This document shows, one piece after another, positions 57,583 to 64,000 of a stretch of DNA of 64,000 nt. Source of the stretch: an uncultured Spirochaetales bacterium (GTDB taxonomy: Bacteria > Myxococcota_A > UBA9160 > SMWR01). The stretch covers positions 4,664 to 68,663 of the forward strand of contig CAYPSI010000113.1 in NCBI GenBank assembly GCA_964413375.1, read 5' to 3'. The notes below the pieces were generated by a model that worked only from the letters and a program-made list of their open reading frames with translations, was not told where the DNA came from and ran no database searches. Each line of letters starts with the position of its first letter. Position 1 is the first letter of the stretch. A program made the translations under genes and the position numbers.

Positions 57583-58302
57583 CTACAGCAGCACCGACTG
57601 CAGCAGGAAGAGCACGATCGTGAGCGCGAGCCCCGCGTGGATCGTCCCGGAGATGGTCGTGAGCGGCTTCTGGGTCTTCGCCCCGGGTCCGATCAGCGCG
57701 TTCGCCTCGACGGCGAGGATCGCGACGAGCGCGACGATCCAGTAGGCCCCGAGCGACCCGCCGCCCATGTCGAGCTCCTTGGTGAGCGTCGGGAAGTGGC
57801 TCGCCGCGGCCATGAAGAAGAGCATCGGGATCGAGAAGAGCGTGTTCACGCGCGAGGCCATGCCCGCCCGACCGCCGCGTGCGGCCGCCGCCGGATTCGC
57901 CTGGCCCCCCGCCGCAACGGTGTTCGCGTTCGCGATCACCACCTGCTGCGCCGGCCAGATCACGAACCAGACGTTCGCCCACATGAAGGTTCCCAGAATC
58001 CCGCCCGTCAGGATCCGCGTCATGTAGCCACCGCCGAGCGGCGCCCCTTCGTGGCCGAGCTTGGTGAGCACGATCAGCCAGCCGGTGAGGAAGGTGAACA
58101 TGGCGCCCCAGCGAAACCACCAGAGCGCGTTCGGCACGAGGCCGCGCGTCATGGCGCTTTTCGCGGTGCCGCCGAGCTCGCTCCCGAAGAAGGGCGTCTG
58201 GACGAAGTTGAAGTAGTAGAGGATCCCGATCCAGGTGATGCCTGCGAGGAAGTGGAACCAGCGGAGCAGGAAGTACCACCCCTCCATGCTGAAGATCTCC
58301 AT
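57583..58302 (-). CDS. Membrane protein resembling the N-terminal membrane domain of urate hydroxylase PuuD
   Basis: ATG at 58302. WYFLLRWFHFLAGITWIGILYYFNFVQ resembles the PuuD-family opening. 239 aa with no cytochrome c domain. The family call is from memory. Confidence 0.6.
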   Translation of the reverse strand: MEIFSMEGWYFLLRWFHFLAGITWIGILYYFNFVQTPFFGSELGGTAKSAMTRGLVPNALWWFRWGAMFTFLTGWLIVLTKLGHEGAPLGGGYMTRILTGGILGTFMWANVWFVIWPAQQVVIANANTVAAGGQANPAAAARGGRAGMASRVNTLFSIPMLFFMAAASHFPTLTKELDMGGGSLGAYWIVALVAILAVEANALIGPGAKTQKPLTTISGTIHAGLALTIVLFLLQSVLL

Positions 58303-58391
58303 GCGCCCTCCTCCAGTATGCGTCGCCCGCGCGGGGCAGCGCGGCGCCAGTGTACCCCCGATCGCAACGAATGCAGGAGCGTTCTTCGGGA

Positions 58392-59324
58392 TCAACCCGG
58401 CGGCTCGAGCGCGCGCGTGGCGATCCTCCCCCAGCCGAGTCGATCGAAGAGCTCCGCCACCCGGCTCGGATCCGGTCCCCGCCGGCACAAGAGCGAGAGC
58501 TCCGAGCGCAGTCCGGGAACATCGCTGCGCAGCCGCGCGAGGTCGCGCGTGCGAAGCGCCCGCTCGCGATGCACGGCCACCCGCTGCGCGATCCGGATGG
58601 CGCCGCGCACCGCGACGCCCTCCCAGGCCGCCGGCTCTTCGGGAATCGCCTCGATGCGCCCGAAAGCCTGCAGCGCCGCAGCCGCGCTCTTCGCGCCTAC
58701 TCCCGGCACGCCGGGCAGGTTGTCTACGACGTCTCCCACGAGGCCGAGATAGTCCGGGATCTGCTCCGGATCGACGCCGAAGCGGCGGCGCACGCCGTCG
58801 GCGTCGAGGGTCTCAGCGCGCCCGAAGTCGTGAACCAGGACGCGGCCGTCCTCGCGCACGAGCTGGCAGAGGTCCTTGTCCGATGTCACCACCACGGCGC
58901 TCGCACCCTGCGCCAGCACCCCGGCCGCGAGCGTCGCGATGCAGTCGTCCGCCTCGAAGCCCGCTGCCTCGCAGGTCACCAGGCCGATCGCCTGCGCGGC
59001 AAGGCTCGCGAGCTCGAACTGCGGCATCAGATCCTCCGGGGGGTCGCCGCGCTGTGCCTTGTAACCCGGCTCGAGATCGTTGCGGAAGCTCCGCATCGAG
59101 TGGTCGAAGCAGACCGCCACGTGCGTGGCCGCCGCCTCGCGCAAATAACGCAACAGGGTGTTGGTGAAGCCGTAGGCCGCATGCGTCGGCATTCCGTCGG
59201 GCGCATGCATCGGCGGCAGCGCATGGTAGGCCCGAAAGACGTAGACCGAGGCGTCGATCAGGTGAACGACGGGTTCGTGAACTTCGCTCGGCTTCACCTC
59301 GCTGCGCGCTTCGCTTGCGTGCAC
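58392..59324 (-). CDS. 5'-3' exonuclease / flap endonuclease (Pol I N-terminal-domain family)
   Basis: LIDASVYVFRAYHA, FEADDCIATLA, VVTSDKDLCQLV and the H3TH segment GVPGVGAKSAAALL. The only canonical starts (GTG at 59324 or 59297) lie inside repeat E. Confidence 0.85.
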   Translation of the reverse strand: MHASEARSEVKPSEVHEPVVHLIDASVYVFRAYHALPPMHAPDGMPTHAAYGFTNTLLRYLREAAATHVAVCFDHSMRSFRNDLEPGYKAQRGDPPEDLMPQFELASLAAQAIGLVTCEAAGFEADDCIATLAAGVLAQGASAVVVTSDKDLCQLVREDGRVLVHDFGRAETLDADGVRRRFGVDPEQIPDYLGLVGDVVDNLPGVPGVGAKSAAAALQAFGRIEAIPEEPAAWEGVAVRGAIRIAQRVAVHRERALRTRDLARLRSDVPGLRSELSLLCRRGPDPSRVAELFDRLGWGRIATRALEPPG

Positions 59325-59362
59325 TTCGCTCGGCTTTGCCTCGCTGCGCGCTTCGCTTGCGG
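59282..59362 (+). repeat. GC-rich repeat, tandem copies E1 and E2 (42-nt period)
   Basis: E1 is cttcgctcggcttcacctcgctgcgcgcttcgcttgcg. E2 is cttcgctcggctttgcctcgctgcgcgcttcgcttgcgg, identical to copy G over 39 nt. Confidence 0.85.
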
Positions 59363-59376
59363 CACCTCTCGGCCGG

Positions 59377-61095
59377 CTAGGCCCGGCCGCGCTCCTCGAA
59401 GACGCGTTCCGCCACCTCGCGGGCAGCCTTCTGCAGCTCGAGGTTGCGGCTCTCGCGGGTACGCCGGCGCACGAGCTCGACGCGGCCCTCGGCGAGGCCC
59501 TTCGGCCCGACCGTGAGCCGATAGGGGATTCCGATCAGGTCGGCGTCGTTGAACTTGACTCCCGGGCGCTCGTCGCGATCATCGAAGAGCACCTCGATGC
59601 CCTCCTTCACGAGCGCGTCGTAGATTCCGCCGGCCGCTTCGGAAGTGGCGACGTCCTTGGGGTTCAGCAGCGTGAGCACCACCTCGTAGGGCGCCACCGG
59701 CAGCGGCCAGGCGATACCGGCTGCGTCGGCGCAGCGCTCGGCGACGGCCGCCATGCAGCGCCCGATCCCGATGCCGTAGGAGCCCATCACGATCGGACGC
59801 GAACGGCCGGCCTCGTCGAGGACCGCGGCGCCGAGCTTCTCGCTGTAGCGCGTCCCGAGCTTGAAGATGTGGCCGACCTCGATGGTCTTCTGCACGGCCA
59901 GGCCCGCCTCGCACATCGGGCAGGCCTCGCCGTCGCGCACGCCGCGCAGGTCCAGCCACAGATCGACGCGGATGTCGCGCGTCACATCGACTCCGCGGAG
60001 ATGGAAGTCGTCGCGATTGGCGCCCGTCAGCATGTCGCGCCGGCCCTCGAGCGTCAGGTCCGCGATCACGCGCGGGCCCGAGACACCCACCGCGCCGAGA
60101 CTCCCGGCGGAGGCGCCGAGCGCGGCGCGGATCTCCTCGTCCTTCGCGGGGCGCGCCTCGCTCGCGCCGAGGCCGTCCTTGAGCTTCTGCTCGACGAGGG
60201 CGTGGTCACCGCGCAGCAGCACGAGGACCGTCTCGCCGCCTGCCACGTAGACGAGAGTCTTGATCTGTCGCTCGGGGGGCGCGCCGCCCGCGAAGCTCGC
60301 GAGCTGCTCGATCGTGCGCTGGCCCGGCGTCGGAAAGGCCTCGGGCGCCGAGAGGCCCGGCCCGTCCTCGAGTGCGGGCAGCTGCGAGCGCGCCTTCTCC
60401 ACGTTCGCCGCGTAGCCGCAGGCGGCGCACGCGGCCACCCAGTCCTCGCCGGCATCGCTCGGCACCATGAACTCGATCGATTCGCTCCCGCCCATCGCAC
60501 CCGAGGAGGCCTCGACCGCGAGCGGGTCGAGCCCGCAGCCGGCGAAGATCTTGCGGTAGGCCTCGAAGTGGCGCTGGAAGGCGGCGTCGAGACCCTCGGC
60601 GTCGAGATCGAGCGAGTAGGAGTCCTTCATCACGAACTCGCGCACGCGCAAGAGTCCCGATTTCGGGCGCGGCTCGTCGCGGAACTTCGTCTGGAGCTGG
60701 TACCAGAGCTGAGGAAGCTGGCGGTAGCTGCGCAGCTCCGAAGCGATCTGCGTGAAGACCTCCTCGTGCGTCATCCCGAGCGCATAGCGTCCGCCCTTGC
60801 GGTCCTGGAGGCGGAACATCTCGTCGCCCATCGTCTCCCAGCGACCCGACCTCTCCCACAGCTCCGCCGGGTGCAGCGCCGGGAGCGAGAACTCCTGTCC
60901 GCCGATCGCGTCCATCTCGCGGCGCACGATGCGCCCGATCTTCGCGCACACGCGCACACCGAGCGGAAGCAGCGAGTACACCCCCGCGGTGAGCTGGCGC
61001 ACGTAGCCCGCGCGCACGAGCAGGCGATGGCTCAGCGCCTCCGCGTCGGCAGGGTCGTCGCGCAGCGTCGGGATGAAGGACCGGGACCAGCGCAT
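59377..61095 (-). CDS. proS: Proline--tRNA ligase
   Basis: ATG at 61095 with GGAGGC upstream. MRWSRSFIPTLRDDPADAE, HEEVFT, FRDEPRPKSGLLRVREF (motif 2), and GIGIGRCMAAVAE (motif 3 region). The 998-aa track ORF is over-extended. Confidence 0.95.
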   Translation of the reverse strand: MRWSRSFIPTLRDDPADAEALSHRLLVRAGYVRQLTAGVYSLLPLGVRVCAKIGRIVRREMDAIGGQEFSLPALHPAELWERSGRWETMGDEMFRLQDRKGGRYALGMTHEEVFTQIASELRSYRQLPQLWYQLQTKFRDEPRPKSGLLRVREFVMKDSYSLDLDAEGLDAAFQRHFEAYRKIFAGCGLDPLAVEASSGAMGGSESIEFMVPSDAGEDWVAACAACGYAANVEKARSQLPALEDGPGLSAPEAFPTPGQRTIEQLASFAGGAPPERQIKTLVYVAGGETVLVLLRGDHALVEQKLKDGLGASEARPAKDEEIRAALGASAGSLGAVGVSGPRVIADLTLEGRRDMLTGANRDDFHLRGVDVTRDIRVDLWLDLRGVRDGEACPMCEAGLAVQKTIEVGHIFKLGTRYSEKLGAAVLDEAGRSRPIVMGSYGIGIGRCMAAVAERCADAAGIAWPLPVAPYEVVLTLLNPKDVATSEAAGGIYDALVKEGIEVLFDDRDERPGVKFNDADLIGIPYRLTVGPKGLAEGRVELVRRRTRESRNLELQKAAREVAERVFEERGRA

Positions 61096-61188
61096 GCAAG
61101 AGCCTCCTTCCGCATGGCTCCGGGGGGAACGCCGCGAAGCTAGCCCCCTTCCACGAGCCTTGCCGCACGCCGCGAGGAGGCGCGGCCA

Positions 61189-61230
61189 GGCCGCGAAGCG
61201 GCCGCGCAGCGAGCCGAAGGCGAGCGAAGG
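61189..61230 (-). repeat. GC-rich repeat, copy F (inverted orientation)
   Basis: The reverse complement ccttcgctcgccttcggctcgctgcgcggccgcttcgcggcc closely matches copy A, including the GGCCGC-ttc-GCGGCC hairpin. Confidence 0.75.
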
Positions 61231-61241
61231 CTCAGGCCGGG

Positions 61242-62417
61242 CTAGAAGCGGATCGGGAGCGCGGCGAAGCCGAAGAAGAACTCCGAGCGGATCCGCACCG
61301 CGCGATCCGCCAGGACCTCGTACTCGGGAACGCGCGCGAGGAGCTCCTCGAGCAGCACGCGCCCCTCCATCCGGGCCACGTTGTGGCCCAGGCAGCGGTG
61401 CGTCGCGTGACCGAAGGAGAGGATGCGGCGCGCGCGGCGCAACACGTCGAAGCGGTCGGCGTCGGCGAACTCGCGCTCGTCGCGATTGGCACAGGCCCAC
61501 AGGAACATCGCCTTCTGCCCGGGGCGGAGCGTCTCGCCGTGGAGCGCCACCTCCGCGCGCAGCGTGCGTCCGAGCATCTGCGTCGGCATTTCCAGGCGCA
61601 GCGCCTCCCAGAAGGCATCGGGGGCGAGGCCCGGATCGGCGACGACGCGCGCGCGCTGCTCGGGGTTCCGCGCGAGCTGGTCGATGCAGCCGGCGAAGAC
61701 TTTCGGGAGGGTTTCCGTCCCGCCGACGACGAGGAGCGTGAGATTCGAGAGCAGGTCCTCGTCCAGCAGCGGGCGCCCCTCCACCTCGAACGCGAGCAGG
61801 CGCTCGACGATCCCGTCGCGATGCGGGCGGACACGCCGCTCGGCGACCCACTTCGCGAGATAGTCCCGGAGCAGGCTCCCGGCCGCCTGCCCGGCTGCCG
61901 TCTGTCCCCGCGAATCCGGCTCGCGGTGGAAGCTCGCGTTCACGTTGCCCGCGAGCAGGTCCGCATCTTCGAGCGGGATGCCGAGGATCCTGCACGCCAC
62001 GCGCACGCTCACTCGCATCGCGAGATCGTGGATCACGTCGAGCTCGCCGCGCGGGAGGGCCTCGTCGAGGAGGCTCGCGGCGAGCTCGCGGGTCGACGCC
62101 TCGAGCTCGCGCGCCGCCTGCGGCATGAAGAAGGGGGCCAGTTGCTCGCGAAGCCGCGTGTGAATGGGGGGATCCTGCACCGCGAGCGAGCTGCCTCGCT
62201 CCGAAAAGTCCTGGCCGAGCAGCAGCTCGATCGTCGTGACGCCGTCCGCGGCCACGAAACGCGGGTCGGCGCAGGCGTTCCACACGTCCTCGAAGCGGGA
62301 GAGGAACCAGCAGTCGAACTCGGGCAGGTAGAAGGCCGGCGCGTCCGCTCGCAAGTGCCGATAGGTCGGCCACGGATCGTCGCAGATCGCAGCCGAGAAG
62401 GGGTGGTAGTCGACCAT
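61242..62417 (-). CDS. Cytochrome P450
   Basis: Heme-thiolate loop FGHATHRCLGHNVA. ExxR (EALRLE) and I-helix VVGGTET. Confidence 0.9.
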   Translation of the reverse strand: MVDYHPFSAAICDDPWPTYRHLRADAPAFYLPEFDCWFLSRFEDVWNACADPRFVAADGVTTIELLLGQDFSERGSSLAVQDPPIHTRLREQLAPFFMPQAARELEASTRELAASLLDEALPRGELDVIHDLAMRVSVRVACRILGIPLEDADLLAGNVNASFHREPDSRGQTAAGQAAGSLLRDYLAKWVAERRVRPHRDGIVERLLAFEVEGRPLLDEDLLSNLTLLVVGGTETLPKVFAGCIDQLARNPEQRARVVADPGLAPDAFWEALRLEMPTQMLGRTLRAEVALHGETLRPGQKAMFLWACANRDEREFADADRFDVLRRARRILSFGHATHRCLGHNVARMEGRVLLEELLARVPEYEVLADRAVRIRSEFFFGFAALPIRF

Positions 62418-62423
62418 TGCCGC

Positions 62424-62462
62424 TGGCCGAAGCTAGCGCAGCGGGCGGACCGCCGAAGCGGG
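62424..62462 (-). repeat. Possible degenerate copy of the GC-rich repeat (copy H)
   Basis: The reverse complement cccgcttcggcggtccgcccgctgcgctagcttcggcc keeps the cttcg...cgctgcgc...gcttcgg skeleton. Confidence 0.35.
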
Positions 62463-62463
62463 A

Positions 62464-63396
62464 TCAAGCCTGGTCGAAGGGCGTCCCCATCGACACGCAG
62501 GCATCGGCGAACGCGGCTTCGAGCTTCGCGAGCACGGGGCCCCGAGCGCCGTCGCCGATCGGGCGGCCGTCGAGCGAACGCACGCCGACGAGCCCGGCGC
62601 CACTGCCGGTGAGGAAGCATTCCTGTGCCGCGAAGAGGTCGAAGCGGCCGAGGCTGCGTTCGCAGCACGGGATGCCGAGCGCGTGGGCGAGCTCGAGCAC
62701 GGTCGCGCGCGTGATGCCCTCGAGCGCACCGTCGCTGGCGGGAGGCGTGCGGAGCTCTCCCGAGCGCACGACGAACACGTTCGCAACGGTCGCCTCGGCA
62801 ACGAGCCCGGCGGCGTTGAGCAGCAGTGCCTCGTCGGCGCCGCGCATTCGCGCTTCTTGCTTGGCAAGGACGTTGTTCAGGTAGTTGAGGCTCTTGACTC
62901 GGGGATCGAGCACGTCGGGCGGCGGCCGCCGCAGGCTCGACGTGACGAGATCGATGCCGCGCCGGCGCTTCTCCTCCGGATAGAGGGTGATCTGGTCTAC
63001 GAGGCACACGATCCGGGCCGGGCCGCAGGGAAGCGGGTCGACACCGAGGGGGCCCTCACCGCGTGTCACGAGCAGCCGGACGTAGGCTTCGGGCGTCGCG
63101 TGTGCGCGCACGGTTTCGAGCACGATGCGGCGCAGCTCCGCCGGCGAGACCGGGAGCTCGAGCGCCAGCGCCTTCGCGCCGATCGCGAAGCGGGCGAGAT
63201 GATCGTCGAGGCGGAAGACGCGCCCGCCGCGCACGCGGATGCCCTCGAAGAGGCCGTCGCCGTAGAGGAGCCCGTGGTCTCGCACCGGAATCCGCGCCTC
63301 GTGTGCGGGAAGGATGCGACCCTCGAGCCAGCAGAGCGCACCGGCCCGGTGAACTTCGCTCGGCTTTGCCTCGCTGCGCGCTTCGCTTGCGGTCAT
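62464..63396 (-). CDS. ilvE: Class-IV aminotransferase (branched-chain amino acid aminotransferase-like)
   Basis: RDHGLLYGDGLFEGIRV, KSLNYLNNVLAKQEA, ALEGITRATVLELA. The ATG at 63396 overlaps the IclR stop (ATGA). The first 15 codons are repeat copy G. Confidence 0.8.
   Translation of the reverse strand: MTASEARSEAKPSEVHRAGALCWLEGRILPAHEARIPVRDHGLLYGDGLFEGIRVRGGRVFRLDDHLARFAIGAKALALELPVSPAELRRIVLETVRAHATPEAYVRLLVTRGEGPLGVDPLPCGPARIVCLVDQITLYPEEKRRRGIDLVTSSLRRPPPDVLDPRVKSLNYLNNVLAKQEARMRGADEALLLNAAGLVAEATVANVFVVRSGELRTPPASDGALEGITRATVLELAHALGIPCCERSLGRFDLFAAQECFLTGSGAGLVGVRSLDGRPIGDGARGPVLAKLEAAFADACVSMGTPFDQA
63354..63392 (+). repeat. GC-rich repeat, copy G (inside the ilvE-like reading frame)
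   Basis: cttcgctcggctttgcctcgctgcgcgcttcgcttgcgg. It is read on the minus strand as TASEARSEAKPSE. Confidence 0.85.
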
Positions 63397-64000
63397 GAGA
63401 CCCTCCCTTCGAGGCGGGCGGCCACGCGGGCGGCCGCCGCGCGCAGGCGCGCGGCGAGGGCGTCACGGCCCAGCGCTTCGAGTCTCACCGCGGACGCGGC
63501 GACGCAGACGATGCCGCACAGGCGCCCCCCCGCGAGCACCGGCGCCGCGAGCACCGCAAGCCCCGGGACCCACTCCTCGCGATTCTCGGCGAAGCCCTGC
63601 CTGCGCGCGCGCGCCACCTGCTGCTCGAGCGCATCGCGCCCGGCCGGAGTCTGCGCCGTGAAGCGCTCGAGCGGATCTGCGGGCCACTCGATCTCGCCGT
63701 CGCCGAAGGCGAGCTGGAGCTTTCCAGCGGCCGTCGCGTGGAGCGGCACGGCTGAGCCCACCTCGGGCGCAGCGCGCAGGAAGCCCGTCCCCTCCGCCTT
63801 GTCGAGCACGAGCAGTCGTCGGCCCCGCGCTGCGATCAGGAAGACCGTCTCGCCCAGGACCTCTGCCTCCGCGACCAGGATCGGGCGGGCGGCCCGGACG
63901 ATCGGATCGCGTTCGAGTGCGCCCCGCGCCAGCACGACCAGCGCGATTCCGGTCCGGTAGCGACCGCGCTCATCGCGCTCGACGAGGCCGCGGCTCGAGA
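63393..64000 (-). CDS. IclR-family transcriptional regulator; 5' end outside window (partial)
   Basis: The frame stays open to base 64000 (my translation ...LVERDERGRYRTGIALVVLARGALERDPIVRAARPIL). The IclR effector domain follows with LHATAAGKLQLAF and REEWVPGLAVLAAPV. Confidence 0.8.
   Translation of the reverse strand, partial: SSRGLVERDERGRYRTGIALVVLARGALERDPIVRAARPILVAEAEVLGETVFLIAARGRRLLVLDKAEGTGFLRAAPEVGSAVPLHATAAGKLQLAFGDGEIEWPADPLERFTAQTPAGRDALEQQVARARRQGFAENREEWVPGLAVLAAPVLAGGRLCGIVCVAASAVRLEALGRDALAARLRAAAARVAARLEGRVS

Overview
This is a gene-dense chromosomal segment with very high GC (about 70% by eye) from a Gram-negative-type bacterium. I support about 60 protein-coding genes. 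I saw no rRNA, tRNA, CRISPR array, transposase or prophage genes. All family calls come from motifs read by eye; no BLAST or HMM search was possible.

Content from left to right:
- A partial HEAT-repeat/cNMP-binding protein, small regulators (OmpR-type, AraC-type) and an SRPBCC protein.
- A 13-kb minus-strand TonB2-type energy-transduction and uptake locus: tonB, a TPR protein, DUF3450, a long ExbB paralogue, exbB, two exbD, a TonB-dependent receptor and three secreted proteins, one with a PEP-CTERM anchor.
- An M28/PDZ peptidase with a degenerate paralogue, then panE, bioA, an LLM oxidoreductase, a GAF histidine kinase, an FAH hydrolase, an APS/PAPS reductase and folK.
- A translationally coupled operon: class-III aminotransferase, LuxE-like, LuxC-like, B12-radical SAM, a small secreted protein and a MATE exporter.
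- A complete Rrf2-sufBCDSUT operon.
- An MFS transporter, then a second B12-radical-SAM neighbourhood (GT-like protein, kinase-like protein, methyltransferase, SDR).
- Membrane and lipid genes, a cytochrome c, a PuuD-like membrane protein, a 5'-3' exonuclease, proS, a P450, an ilvE-like gene and a partial IclR regulator.

Main hunt results:
1. The aminotransferase/LuxE/LuxC/B12-rSAM/MATE operon is a candidate undescribed pathway from fatty acid to aldehyde to amine, with export.
2. A ResA/TlpA-like redoxin is split by the ORF track at an in-frame TGA that sits exactly at the active-site position. A SECIS-like hairpin lies downstream, making it a candidate selenoprotein.
3. A roughly 40-nt GC-rich repeat family fills most intergenic gaps between 43.6 and 63.4 kb. 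I did not see it in the first 43 kb. Two copies are read in frame as the N-termini of unrelated enzymes.
4. Several short gene relics and one unlisted zinc-ribbon mini-ORF lie in intergenic DNA.
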